A stretch of DNA of 64,000 nt from Candidatus Peribacteria bacterium (GTDB lineage Bacteria > Patescibacteriota > Gracilibacteria > Peribacterales > Peribacteraceae): assembly GCA_023245765.1 (NCBI GenBank), contig JAHFJP010000004.1, positions 375 to 64,374 of the forward strand, read 5' to 3'. The position numbers and the translations under genes were made by a program. The first letter of the stretch is position 1. The number at the start of each line of letters is the position of its first letter. Below the pieces are notes generated by a model. It was not told the DNA's origin. It saw only the letters and a list, made by a program, of their open reading frames with translations, and did not search any database. Positions 27,513 to 38,768 of this stretch are shown in pieces.

Positions 27513-28229
27513 TCATGCTGCAACCAACTCGTCATCAACGTGTGCTTTCTTCGGTGAGGCTTCGAGGAGTTCGTTCTCGATGGTCGAGAGGATCATGAGG
27601 AGCGATTTGACCGCATCATCGTTGCCCGGAATGAAGGCGGTAAAGAGATCGGGATCGGCGTTGCTGTCGCAGATGCCGAAGAGCGGGATCTTGAGTTTTG
27701 CGGCTTCCAGCACCGCGACGCGATCCAGAATCGCATCGACGATAAAGACGGCGTCGGGCAGGCCCGTCATGCGTGACACACCGGCAAGCGCGGTATCGAG
27801 CTTGGCAAGTTTCTTGCGCAGGCTCGTCTGCTCCTTCTTGGTGTACTTCTCCACCTCCCCGGTCTGGAACGAGCGCTGGAGGTCCAGGTAGTACTTGAGC
27901 CGGCGCTTGATCGTGCTCCAGTTGGTCAGCAGTCCCGGAATCCACTTTTTGGTGACCATCGGCTGGTTCAGCTTCTTGGCGATACTCTCGAGCATCGGGA
28001 TGCTCTGTTGCTTGGTGGAGACGAAGAGGATCGTCTTCCCTTCGGTCTGCAGTTTCTTCATATGGTCGCAGACCTTCTTGAGGCCGTTACAGGTCTTGGT
28101 GAGATCGAAGATGTGAATTCCGCGGCGTGTGCCGTACAGGAACGGTGCCATCTTGGGGTTCCACTTCTCTTTGCGGTGACCAAAGTGACAAGCGGATTCG
28201 AGGAGTTGTTTCTCGGAAGGAATGGACAT
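27513..28229 (-). CDS. rpsB: 30S ribosomal protein S2
   Basis: HFGH..KWNPKM, IFDL, W.PGLLTN, IPGNDDA. Confidence 0.97.
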   Translation of the reverse strand: MSIPSEKQLLESACHFGHRKEKWNPKMAPFLYGTRRGIHIFDLTKTCNGLKKVCDHMKKLQTEGKTILFVSTKQQSIPMLESIAKKLNQPMVTKKWIPGLLTNWSTIKRRLKYYLDLQRSFQTGEVEKYTKKEQTSLRKKLAKLDTALAGVSRMTGLPDAVFIVDAILDRVAVLEAAKLKIPLFGICDSNADPDLFTAFIPGNDDAVKSLLMILSTIENELLEASPKKAHVDDELVAA

Positions 28230-28269
28230 GGGAATGAGAGGGGTAGGGGCGCAGCATGCTGCGCCCGGG

Positions 28270-28428
28270 GAAGGGAGGAATAATCACAATGGTGGGAATC
28301 CTTGTTCAGCCCCCCAACGTCATTTCGCCTGATGCGTAGGCTCCTTTCGGAGAGGACCGCAGCGATCGGTCGGGAGGGATCTGCTTTCGCAGTGGGTGGA
28401 CTGTAAGCCAAGCATTGATCGAGTGCAA
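28270..28428 (-). promoter_or_regulatory. rpsB promoter and structured 5' leader
   Basis: TTGCAC-N17-TACAGT (28428-28400); GAAA-tetraloop hairpins and a long stem in the UTR. Confidence 0.55.
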
Positions 28429-28444
28429 GTGGCTTCTCACCCAT

Positions 28445-28468
28445 AAAAAACCCCGCCACCGGGCGGGG
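28445..28468 (-). terminator. Intrinsic terminator
   Basis: CCCCGCC-CGGT-GGCGGGG-TTTTTT. Confidence 0.85.
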
Positions 28469-28491
28469 TCTTGTGAACATCGAGGAGCGTC

Positions 28492-29712
28492 TCACTCGAT
28501 CTCGCACGTCATGCTGCACCCGTCGCCGTTGATCATATTCCCGTCATCGCACGTTTCCGGCGTTTGGACGATGAGGTCCCCGCAGTAGCCCATGGGTGGG
28601 GGTGGTGGAAGAGGGGAGAGCGACGAAGATGATGACGAGGAGCCCCCCATGCAGTCGGTCGGGCATGTCATAGAAGTCTCATCGGCCTCGCAGATCAGGT
28701 TGCCGCAGACAGTCGGAGGTGTTTCGAGAGAGCATGCGACGCTGCATCCATCACCATCGATTGCATTGCCATCATCGCACTGCTCGCCCGTCTCGGTCTC
28801 GAGGATTCCGTTGCCGCAGGTCTGGGTGATACTCATTGCAGTACTATCGTATAAGCAGAGGGATGAGCAGCCGTCGCCATTGACGACATTCCCGTCGTCA
28901 CATTCCTCACCCTGCTCCACCGCGCTGTTGCCGCAGACGGTGTTCACGGTCTGCATGGTCATCACGGGATCCGTGTCGCGTTCGATCTGACAAGCGGCAC
29001 TGCATCCGTCGCCGTTGACCGCGTTGCCGTCGTCACATTCTTCCAGCATGTCCGCATCCACGAACTGGTCGCCGCAGACTCCCGGCGCCATCGCCATCTG
29101 GCGCTGACAAATCGGCGTGAATCCAGCCGTCGCATCGGCATCGGCATCGATCAGCACAGTGCTGCCGTCCGAGGCGAGCCATGGGCCTTCGTTTGCCGTG
29201 CTGAAGCGGCGAATGCTCGTGAAGATGCGGGAGCGGCGAGACGTGATGTGTGCTCCCCAGATGTTATTGTTGTTCGGAGCGAGGCCGAGCCGGGTGATTT
29301 CGACCTCCGGGGAGATCGGTTCCAAATGCAGGATCGCGGGATTCGGGTTGGGGTTGAGAACGCCCATCGAGTTTCCCGTCGCTTGCATCGTCATGACGAT
29401 AATGCCCTGGCGGTTGCGCCATGCGCGCTCGGTCACGTTGACCGTGGCGTTGGCTCCCCCGATCAGAACGAAACCGCGCGGGCAGTGTTGATTACGGAAC
29501 GCATGCACCCATTCATAACCACGGGCATGGTTCATGCCGATCTGCATTGCGCCGCCGATCATTAAGCTGGCCCAGGTACCGTTGGATCGGGCTGCCATTC
29601 CCTGGAGGCTGACGGGTGCTGGTCCGTTGAACGGCGGATACGCAAAAGCAGTGGCGATCGTGCCAACTGCGAGTGCGGTGGCAGCGATCATGGAAAGAGA
29701 ACGTTTAAGCAT
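28492..29712 (-). CDS. Secreted Cys-rich repeat (DUF4215-type) protein
   Basis: Signal peptide MLKRSLS...AFA; CGN...EECDDGN..NGDGCS..C repeats. Confidence 0.88.
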   Translation of the reverse strand: MLKRSLSMIAATALAVGTIATAFAYPPFNGPAPVSLQGMAARSNGTWASLMIGGAMQIGMNHARGYEWVHAFRNQHCPRGFVLIGGANATVNVTERAWRNRQGIIVMTMQATGNSMGVLNPNPNPAILHLEPISPEVEITRLGLAPNNNNIWGAHITSRRSRIFTSIRRFSTANEGPWLASDGSTVLIDADADATAGFTPICQRQMAMAPGVCGDQFVDADMLEECDDGNAVNGDGCSAACQIERDTDPVMTMQTVNTVCGNSAVEQGEECDDGNVVNGDGCSSLCLYDSTAMSITQTCGNGILETETGEQCDDGNAIDGDGCSVACSLETPPTVCGNLICEADETSMTCPTDCMGGSSSSSSSLSPLPPPPPMGYCGDLIVQTPETCDDGNMINGDGCSMTCEIE

Positions 29713-29726
29713 GAACGATGGGGGAA

Positions 29727-29987
29727 GGAGTTTCCGGCATGGTAATGAACCGGTCCTCGGCATTGCAACACGAAACAATCGCGTCACTAATTGCCATTCG
29801 GCAGTCCGCAACTGACCAGAACCTTCCAAATGTTCTTTGTGAACTTGCCGTCCTTCAGCACATTTCCCAATGGGCTGAGAGCTCCATCCGCGGGTTGCCT
29901 TCCTCGTTTCTCCACGGGAGACCACGCTCTTGGCGGAGTGACTGTCGGCATATTTTCGTTGCCGGTTTTACCAAATCCGTATGCTCC
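29727..29987 (-). ncRNA. Candidate ~260-nt structured leader / ncRNA
   Basis: The ends pair (GGAG/CTCC, TGGTAA-AACCGG / CCGGTT-CA-TTACCA) and there are nested stems. Confidence 0.45.
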
Positions 29988-30281
29988 CATGTGTAAGGGG
30001 GAAAGTATTATGCCGCATTGCGATGGCCAACTGTTTCGTCATCAACGAAGAGAGTCCAAAAATCCAAGCCGCACTTCTTCAGCCAGAGGCCGAGATCGCT
30101 GAGGACTTTTTCCTGCACTTTGGGTCCCCTCCGCTCCGGCTCAGTCCATTCACGGGGAGGAGGAGTTTCATGAAGATACTGAGAAATATTGATGTGCTCG
30201 CGAGCGCCACGGTGAGGACTCATTCTCATAGCCATGATCGAAATCTAGACCATTGGAATACAGATGCAAGTGCGATGATGC

Positions 30282-31691
30282 TCACTGCGCTTTTTTCAGC
30301 TTCTCCATGAGCAAAGAAAGGCTGACACGTTCCTGTTTCAGAGTATCCCGATCTCTGATCGTTACCGTATCCTTCTCGCCTTGCTCAGCGTCTTCGCCGA
30401 TCGTGCCGAAATCGACGGTAATGCATTTGGGCGTGCCGATTTCGTCCTGGCGGCGGTAGCGTTTGCCGATACTGCCAGTGACGTCGAAGTCGACGCGCAG
30501 ATCGGTCTCATGAATAATTTTGTTGTACAGTTCTTGTCCGTAGGAGATAAGGTTATCCTTCTTGCTCAACGGGAGAATGGCGACCTGCACGGGGGCGATA
30601 CGGGGATGCAGATGGAGGACAGTTCGCGTGTCATCGCCTTCGAGTTTCTCCTCATCGTACGCTTCCAGCAGCGTCATCAATGTCAGACGCGAGAGGCCGA
30701 AGGTCGGTTCGATCACGTGGGGGATGAATTTGATCTTGGCGTCGTCGGGATCGGTGTACTGCAGATCCTCGCCCGACTTCTCCATGTGGTTTTTGAGATC
30801 GAAGTCGGTCCGGTATGCGAGACCGAACATTTCCTTCCAGCCGAACGGCGTGTTGTACTCCACGTCAGCCGTCCGCCTGGAGTAATGCGAGAGTTCGTCT
30901 TTGGAATGCTCGCGAATCCGGATGCGCTCCGATGAGAATCCAATTTCTTTGATCCATGCCTGCTGCTCGGCAAGCCAGTAGTCGAACGTTTTCTCCCACT
31001 CCTCGGGCCGGATGAAATATTCAAATTCCATCAGATCAAACTCCAGTGTGCGGAAGGTGAAGTTGCCCGGCGTGATTTCGTTGCGGAATGCCTTGCCGAC
31101 GGACGCGATACCGAAGGGAAGGCGCTTGCGCGTGGTGCCGAGAATATTCTTAAAGTCGACAAACATCGCCTGCGCGATTTCGCCGCGCAGGTAGACTGTC
31201 TGGCTCTTCTCCTGATCGATCGGGCCCAGGTGGGTTCCGAAGAGGAGGTTGAACTTGCGGGCGTCGGTCAGCTGCGTCTTGTCGCCGCAGTTGGGACAGG
31301 CGATTTGTTTTTCTTTGATAATCGCGGTGAGCTCGGCGGGGGATTTCCCTTCTACTTTGATGTCCGGATACGCGTTCTCGATCAGATGATCCGCGCGGTG
31401 GCGCGCCTTGCATTTTTTGCAGTCGACCATCGCGTCGTTGAAATTCGCGACGTGGCCGCTCGCTTCCCACACTTTGGGATTCATCATGATCGCCGCGTCG
31501 AGCCCCACCATATCCTGCCGGCGGCGGACGAACCGGTCCCACCACCAGTCGCGGATCGCGTTCTTCATCTCGGTTCCGAGCGGACCGTAGTCCCAGCTGT
31601 TGCTCAATCCTCCGTAAATCTCCGAGCCCGGAAAGATGAATCCGCGGCGTTTGCAGAGGGATACCAGGACATCGAGGGAAGGGGCAGGCAT
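30282..31691 (-). CDS. glyQS: Glycine--tRNA ligase (homodimeric type)
   Basis: KRRGFIFPGSEIYGG, GKAFRNEITP, HVIEPTFG, SIGKRYRRQDEIGTP. Confidence 0.97.
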   Translation of the reverse strand: MPAPSLDVLVSLCKRRGFIFPGSEIYGGLSNSWDYGPLGTEMKNAIRDWWWDRFVRRRQDMVGLDAAIMMNPKVWEASGHVANFNDAMVDCKKCKARHRADHLIENAYPDIKVEGKSPAELTAIIKEKQIACPNCGDKTQLTDARKFNLLFGTHLGPIDQEKSQTVYLRGEIAQAMFVDFKNILGTTRKRLPFGIASVGKAFRNEITPGNFTFRTLEFDLMEFEYFIRPEEWEKTFDYWLAEQQAWIKEIGFSSERIRIREHSKDELSHYSRRTADVEYNTPFGWKEMFGLAYRTDFDLKNHMEKSGEDLQYTDPDDAKIKFIPHVIEPTFGLSRLTLMTLLEAYDEEKLEGDDTRTVLHLHPRIAPVQVAILPLSKKDNLISYGQELYNKIIHETDLRVDFDVTGSIGKRYRRQDEIGTPKCITVDFGTIGEDAEQGEKDTVTIRDRDTLKQERVSLSLLMEKLKKAQ

Positions 31692-32001
31692 GTTTGCAGT
31701 CTAGCAGAATCATGACTTCATGCCTCCATTCTTCTGTCATGACGAGATGTTCCCGCGTCATCAGAATGCTCAGCACGGGGTTGAGACAGTACCGTGCTCT
31801 GCTCATCTCGTGTTGCCTGCAAGAGAGGTTCCATCATGGTCAGGACGTACCTCTGGTCGTGTTTGCTCAGTTCGTCATAAGCGCTGACATCAAGTTTTCT
31901 CATCCGCGCGAATCTAAAGAGGTCACCGGATGCTGTAAAGAGGTGTTGCAGTAATTTTGAGCTCAAGGATGCTGCTCGGCAGTGTGAAGATGTCAAAACT
32001 C

Positions 32002-32217
32002 TTATTTGGAGTTCATGGCTTTTTTTTCGAGCAAATTTTGCAATCGCTGTTGTACCTCCTCATCCGAAAGCATGCTCACGTTCTCATGCGGAAGTCCATG
32101 TTCTCTCAGGGCCCTTCGATAGGTAAACCTGACACATCCGGATTCGAGCCATCCGCCGAATTGCTGCGCATCGTAACTTCCTTGGTCGAAGGTGTAGCCC
32201 CTGAATACCTCTGCCAT
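32002..32217 (-). CDS. Small hypothetical protein
   Basis: TTGACA-N16-TATAAT (32251-32224) with the ATG 6 nt downstream. Confidence 0.6.
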   Translation of the reverse strand: MAEVFRGYTFDQGSYDAQQFGGWLESGCVRFTYRRALREHGLPHENVSMLSDEEVQQRLQNLLEKKAMNSK

Positions 32218-32333
32218 AATAGAATTATAAGCTGAAATTTGTGAGTGTCAAAATTAGGTGTTTGCTTTCTCCGAAGCTGAAACCTCGGCGTAGCCATATG
32301 GCGAAGCCGGGCAAAATCTGGTATACTGTCCTG

Positions 32334-33686
32334 ATGTCACCGAGCCTGCTTTCACTGGAATTCTCGCTCCCCAAAACGCTCGTCGTGATCGCGGCGCTCG
32401 CGGTGATTGTGGCGCTCGATCTCGTGTCGCGCGTCCGGGGCAAGCCCACGCGGTATGCACTGGGAGTCCTGATCGGCACAATCCTTTCGCTGGGACTCAT
32501 CAAAGCCTCGCAGGTGATCTTTGGTCCGGATCTGCCCAAGCAGGGCACGGCGATCGCCCTCGGGGTCTTCTTGATCTTCATCGCGTGGCGGCTCCTGTTC
32601 GGTACCTGGGAAGCACGGACGAAGGCGACGGTGCTCGGCACATTCGTATTCTGGATTTTCTTCCACGTGCTCTCCGGTGAGATGCCGGACGATCGGACCG
32701 CGCATCTTATTGCGATTGGCACGGCGGCGATTCCCGCCGTTGTTTGGTGTCTCCTGTTTCTGCCGTATCACCGCGAGCGTTTGAGCATCGTGTTCTGCAT
32801 GGTGCTCGCCGGCATGCTCGCGACGATTCCGATCCTCTTCTACGACGCGCTCGTGCGTGGTGGGGCGGAGCTCCACTTCTTTCTCTTCCGCATTGCGCCG
32901 GAGAGTTTCAATAGCAGCGCGCGGGTCTTCGTCAGTGGACACTGGCCGGGAATCTCGCCGCTGCAGACGTCGCTGCTCTCCATGTTCCTCTCGTTCGTGC
33001 TCGTCGGTGTGATCGAAGAGGGGAGCAAGCTCTGGGTGCTGTGGCGCGCAGGCCGGCAGTATGTCAGTTCCATTGATGACGTGATGCAGATGGCCGTGCT
33101 CGTCGCGATCGGTTTTGCGTTCGCCGAGAACGTGACGAACTCCGGTTACTTCCTCGGCTTCGTCCGGGAGTTCCTGCTCACGCCCGGCAGCCGCAACTGG
33201 GCGGGATTCCTGGGCAACGTCGCCGGCCGGTCCATTCTGACGAGCATGGTGCACATCGTCTCGACCGGGCTCATGGGCTACTACGTCGGACTCGCGCTCT
33301 TCGCCGGACCATTCCTGCGGGAACAGCAGGCCAAGGGCGTCCGGTATCGCGCGCTCGAGTGGTGCCACGATGTGCTCGGCATTCCCAAGCGCGATCTCTA
33401 CCGCCGCCTCAAGATCCTCACGGGATTCACGATCGCGATCTTCCTGCACGCGCTCAGTAACTTCCTCGTCTCGCTGCCCGATGCTCTTCCGGGAAATCCT
33501 CGGACCGTCGGTGATCTGCTCCATTCGGCACCCTCGTCGCCGCTGCACTACATCGCGTTGCTGCTCGCTCCCACCCTCCTCTACGTCGTAGGCGGATTCT
33601 CACTGCTGACGTATCTGTTTGAGAAGAAGGAGAATATGAAGGAGTTGGGACACATTGTTGAGGATGGTGTTGAAACAGGCGAATAG
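32334..33686 (+). CDS. PrsW family intramembrane metalloprotease
   Basis: Multi-TM; VIEEGSK, GFAFAEN, MVH and LHALSN motifs; ATG 6 nt after TATACT. Confidence 0.88.
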   Translation: MSPSLLSLEFSLPKTLVVIAALAVIVALDLVSRVRGKPTRYALGVLIGTILSLGLIKASQVIFGPDLPKQGTAIALGVFLIFIAWRLLFGTWEARTKATVLGTFVFWIFFHVLSGEMPDDRTAHLIAIGTAAIPAVVWCLLFLPYHRERLSIVFCMVLAGMLATIPILFYDALVRGGAELHFFLFRIAPESFNSSARVFVSGHWPGISPLQTSLLSMFLSFVLVGVIEEGSKLWVLWRAGRQYVSSIDDVMQMAVLVAIGFAFAENVTNSGYFLGFVREFLLTPGSRNWAGFLGNVAGRSILTSMVHIVSTGLMGYYVGLALFAGPFLREQQAKGVRYRALEWCHDVLGIPKRDLYRRLKILTGFTIAIFLHALSNFLVSLPDALPGNPRTVGDLLHSAPSSPLHYIALLLAPTLLYVVGGFSLLTYLFEKKENMKELGHIVEDGVETGE

Positions 33687-33691
33687 GAGAA

Positions 33692-33727
33692 AAAGTGAAA
33701 AGTGGAAAGTGAAAAGTGAAAAGTGAA
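33692..33727. repeat. AAAGTGA heptamer tandem repeat
   Basis: About five units in the intergenic spacer. Confidence 0.8.
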
Positions 33728-33783
33728 AAATTTTTCGCCTGATATCTCTGGTGACATCTTTTGGGGACTGTTACAGTGCTCAT

Positions 33784-35448
33784 ATGAGTAATCTTCCTGT
33801 ATGGACCAAGCGGGCAATCGGTGTGTGCATGGTGCTGACGTTGGCGCTTCCGGCTGCGGCAGGGGCCGCGACCGTCACGACGCTCCTCAATGCCCGGGAG
33901 ACGGAGCGTGTTACGCGTAGTGACTTCCTGCGCGCGGCGGTAAAGGCGTCGGGCATGCCGACTCCCCAGTCGGGTGCCGTCCCGTACGACAAGGTTCCCG
34001 AAGCGTTGCTCCCGTACGTCCGTGCCGCCGAGGTGAAACATGCCCTCAAGATCTTCGGCAGCGAAGGCCGTGCGCTCAACTTCCAGAAGACGCTCACCCG
34101 CGGCGAGGCGCTCGCGATCATCGAGGAACTCCTGCAGGCGGTTCCTTCGTTTGCCAAGAAAACTGATGCGAAAAAGTTCACCGATGCCGTCAGCGATAGC
34201 GACGCTACGCTCATCGCGCTGGCCATCGAACGCAACTGGATGAAAGCCGAGAATGCAACGCTCTTCGGTCTCAAGCGTCCTCTGCGTGGGAAAGAGGCGA
34301 GGTTACTCCTCACGCGCGCGTTCCAGATTTCCTCCAACAACGATCAGGGAACCGAAACGCTTTCTTCCCCGGTGATTCGCATCAATATCCAGCGAGCCAG
34401 CACGGTCGAACCGGTGCCCAAGCAGGATCTGCTTGAAGGCGTGTGGAACGCGCTGCGCCGTAACTACCTCTACCGCGACCGCCTGACCGTCGACAAAGCC
34501 GGCGACAAAGCGATCGAAGGTTTGGTGAATTCCCTCGGCGATCCATATACGGTCTACATGCCGAAGACGAAGAACGAAGACTTCAAGCTGCAGATGAAGG
34601 GCGAAGTCGAAGGTATCGGCGCGACGGTCGAAATGACGGGAGGTGTTCTCACTATTGTCTCGCCTCTGCGTGGTTCCCCGGCCGAGAAGTCGGGGCTCAA
34701 ACCCAAAGATCAAATCCTCTCCGTTGATGGCACCACTCTGAACGGCATGACACTCGATGATGCCGTCCGCTATGTGCGGGGCCCCAAGGGATCCTCGGCG
34801 GTGCTCAAGATTCGCCGCGGGGGCACGGAGTTTGAGGTGACCGTCACGCGCGAGAAAGTCTTCATTCCCGAAGTGGAAGTGATCGATGACCGCAACGTCG
34901 CAATCGTCAAGATCCTCCAGTTCTGGGACACCACGGATACCAAATTCCGTACCACGATGGGCGAGGTCCAGAGCCGCAATCCCCGCGGGATCATCCTCGA
35001 TCTGCGCAACAATCCCGGCGGGCTCTTGCATGCGGCAGGCACCGTCGTCGGCACGTTCCTCCCCAAGGGGAGTCCGTACGTCTCGATCATGGAGATCGAT
35101 ACCACGCGCGCGGAGACGACGGAAGACGAACTCGTGGTCAAGGAATCCATTCCGATGATCGTCCTCGTCAACAAGGGATCGGCCAGTGCGTCGGAGATTG
35201 TCGCGGGCGCTCTGCAGGACGCCGGCCGTGCCAAGATCGTCGGCGAAACCAGTTACGGAAAGGGAACGGTGCAGCAGGTGATGCAGTTCCCGGACGGCTC
35301 CAGTCTCAAGTACACGATTGCCGAGTGGCGCACGCCCAAGGGCCGCAAGATCGACAAGCTCGGCATCACGCCGGACGTTCTCGTCAGCAATGAAGGCAGC
35401 AAGGACAAGGATCTGCAGATGGAGAAGGCGATGGAACTATTGCGATAG
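33784..35448 (+). CDS. S41 family C-terminal processing protease with SLH-like N-terminus
   Basis: LGDPYT, PDZ domain, ILDLRNNPGG, SASASEI, GETSYGKG. Confidence 0.93.
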   Translation: MSNLPVWTKRAIGVCMVLTLALPAAAGAATVTTLLNARETERVTRSDFLRAAVKASGMPTPQSGAVPYDKVPEALLPYVRAAEVKHALKIFGSEGRALNFQKTLTRGEALAIIEELLQAVPSFAKKTDAKKFTDAVSDSDATLIALAIERNWMKAENATLFGLKRPLRGKEARLLLTRAFQISSNNDQGTETLSSPVIRINIQRASTVEPVPKQDLLEGVWNALRRNYLYRDRLTVDKAGDKAIEGLVNSLGDPYTVYMPKTKNEDFKLQMKGEVEGIGATVEMTGGVLTIVSPLRGSPAEKSGLKPKDQILSVDGTTLNGMTLDDAVRYVRGPKGSSAVLKIRRGGTEFEVTVTREKVFIPEVEVIDDRNVAIVKILQFWDTTDTKFRTTMGEVQSRNPRGIILDLRNNPGGLLHAAGTVVGTFLPKGSPYVSIMEIDTTRAETTEDELVVKESIPMIVLVNKGSASASEIVAGALQDAGRAKIVGETSYGKGTVQQVMQFPDGSSLKYTIAEWRTPKGRKIDKLGITPDVLVSNEGSKDKDLQMEKAMELLR

Positions 35449-35524
35449 GAAACCGAGGTAACCGAAGACTCCGAGGTAACCGAGGATCGTCGGTTTCTTC
35501 GGTTGCATTGGTTGCTTCGGTTTC
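35449..35524. repeat. 9-bp-unit palindromic element, copy C
   Basis: Same family as copy A; followed by a TACACT -10 box. Confidence 0.85.
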
Positions 35525-35544
35525 TTGCGTCTACACTTCTGTCC

Positions 35545-36183
35545 ATGAACCTTCTCCAGCACGCCCTCGACCTCTTCCTCCACCTCGACGTCCATCTCGC
35601 CGCGATCATCGAGCAGTTCGGGTTCTTTACCTACCTCATCCTCTTCATCACGATTTTCTGCGAGACCGGCCTCGTCTTTACGCCGTTCCTGCCCGGTGAT
35701 TCTCTCCTCTTTGCGGCTGGTGCATTTGCCGCGCGGGGATCACTCAATCCATTCTTCCTGACATTGCTTCTCGGTGCCGCGGCGATCCTCGGCGATTCCT
35801 GTAACTACTGGTTCGGCGGACTGCTCGGCCGGCGCGTGTTCAAAGAACACCGGAAAATTCTGAGCCTGGAGAATCTGCGTGCCACCGAAGAGTTCTACAA
35901 GCGGCACGGGAGCAAGGCTGTCATCTTCGCGCGCTTCCTCCCGATGCTTCGGACGATCGTTCCGTTCGTCGCGGGTGTGGCGAAGATGCCGTACCACGTC
36001 TTCTTTTTCTACAACGTCGTCGGCGGTGCCGTGTGGGTGCTCCTCTTCGTCTGGGGCGGGTACTTCTTCGGAACGATTCCGGCGGTCGAGAAGAATTTCT
36101 CGCTCGTGATTCTGGCGATCATCGTCGTTTCGCTATTGCCTGCCGCTGTGCATGCAATCAGACATTGGTGGAAGAGAAGGTAG
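35545..36183 (+). CDS. dedA: DedA family membrane protein
   Basis: FCETGL..PFLPGDSLLFAAG, ARFLP..RT..PFVAG. Confidence 0.93.
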   Translation: MNLLQHALDLFLHLDVHLAAIIEQFGFFTYLILFITIFCETGLVFTPFLPGDSLLFAAGAFAARGSLNPFFLTLLLGAAAILGDSCNYWFGGLLGRRVFKEHRKILSLENLRATEEFYKRHGSKAVIFARFLPMLRTIVPFVAGVAKMPYHVFFFYNVVGGAVWVLLFVWGGYFFGTIPAVEKNFSLVILAIIVVSLLPAAVHAIRHWWKRR

Positions 36184-36238
36184 CAGCCACAGGCGATTTT
36201 CTTGCTTTTTGAGGAGGGGAACATAAAGTGTGCGGCCA

Positions 36239-37306
36239 ATGAACAATATCGATCCACCCATTGCGAGTACCTTCTTGAGCCTACAACGCGGCGAGGCACC
36301 AGCCGATCTCCAGATGCGTCAGGAAGTGGGATTCGTCATCGAGAAGGATCCCGCTATGGTTGAACTGTGGCGGAGAATCAGGATGCTTCGGAACAGGATG
36401 ATGGACACCTTGGTGTTCGGTGAGACGGGGACAGGGAAGGAGATCCTTCCAATCTTGATCGGAAGATTTCTGGGCAAAGAACCCGTCACAATCAATTGCA
36501 GCACAATCCATGGGGACATGGCAGAATCCGAACTGTTTGGTCATGTGAAGAACGCCTTCACCGGTGCCGCAAAAGAAGACCGTCCGGGACTCTTCGGTGC
36601 AACGAAGGACGGTGGCCTGGCGGTGCTTGACGAGGTCAACCATCTACCCGAGGCGATTGCTCCGAAGTTGCTGCGCGTTTTTGATCCCCGCAAATTCAAG
36701 CCTGTCGGCGCGGACAAGGAGAAGGACTATGGCGGACATGTGATTGCGATGGGCAGTGATCCGCTTCATAAAATGCTTCTGGCCCTCCAAAACCGCATAC
36801 AGGCGTGGGAGCTTGAAGTTCCCGCTGTTCGAGATCGGACGCCCGAACATAAGATAGTCCTGGCGAATTTTCTCGCGGCAAAAAGCGGATTTGCTCTTGC
36901 TGAGAATGCGGTTCAGAGATTGACAGAATTGGAATACCGGAAGGGGAACGTTCGGGAAATGCGCAACCTCGTTAACAGGGCCATCATGTTTACTCTTGAA
37001 CGGGATAACACGCAGACACAGATTGAATTGGACGATATTGAGGAGGCGGGAAAGATTAGCGCCAAGAATGGAGATGAGAATAACGGCATGCTGGAATCAC
37101 CAAACATGGAGAAATTAGTCGCAAACCTCGCTGATCAATTAATCTTAGGGAAAATTGCTCTGGGGGCAGCCAAGAACCTCTTTGCGACGTTCGAGAACAG
37201 CTTGATTCGGGCGGTTTTCGAGAGAAGCGGCAGAAATGTAGCGAAAACAGCCGGACTCCTGGGGCTCGACAGAAAAACCGTGCAGACCCGCTTAGCCGCA
37301 GCATAG
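36239..37306 (+). CDS. Divergent sigma54 enhancer-binding-like AAA+ regulator with Fis HTH
   Basis: GETGTGKE, ESELFGHVKNAFTGA, LDEV, GNVREMRN, NVAKTAGLLGLDRKT. Confidence 0.85.
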   Translation: MNNIDPPIASTFLSLQRGEAPADLQMRQEVGFVIEKDPAMVELWRRIRMLRNRMMDTLVFGETGTGKEILPILIGRFLGKEPVTINCSTIHGDMAESELFGHVKNAFTGAAKEDRPGLFGATKDGGLAVLDEVNHLPEAIAPKLLRVFDPRKFKPVGADKEKDYGGHVIAMGSDPLHKMLLALQNRIQAWELEVPAVRDRTPEHKIVLANFLAAKSGFALAENAVQRLTELEYRKGNVREMRNLVNRAIMFTLERDNTQTQIELDDIEEAGKISAKNGDENNGMLESPNMEKLVANLADQLILGKIALGAAKNLFATFENSLIRAVFERSGRNVAKTAGLLGLDRKTVQTRLAAA

Positions 37307-37371
37307 GTCCCGTCGATTTCATAAACCAGAAAGGCATGGGGACCCTTGTTTGCCATTGTCTCTTCTAGTAG

Positions 37372-38766
<1,395 letters not shown>

Positions 38767-38768
38767 CT

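Noticed and set aside
29795..29820. Cobalamin riboswitch (CAGTCCGCAACTG resembles part of the consensus)
   Set aside because: Wrong strand relative to the downstream gene and the other conserved elements are missing
31718..31996. 92-aa ORF upstream of glyQS, or a T-box leader
   Set aside because: Weak TTG start, no motifs and no T-box consensus seen
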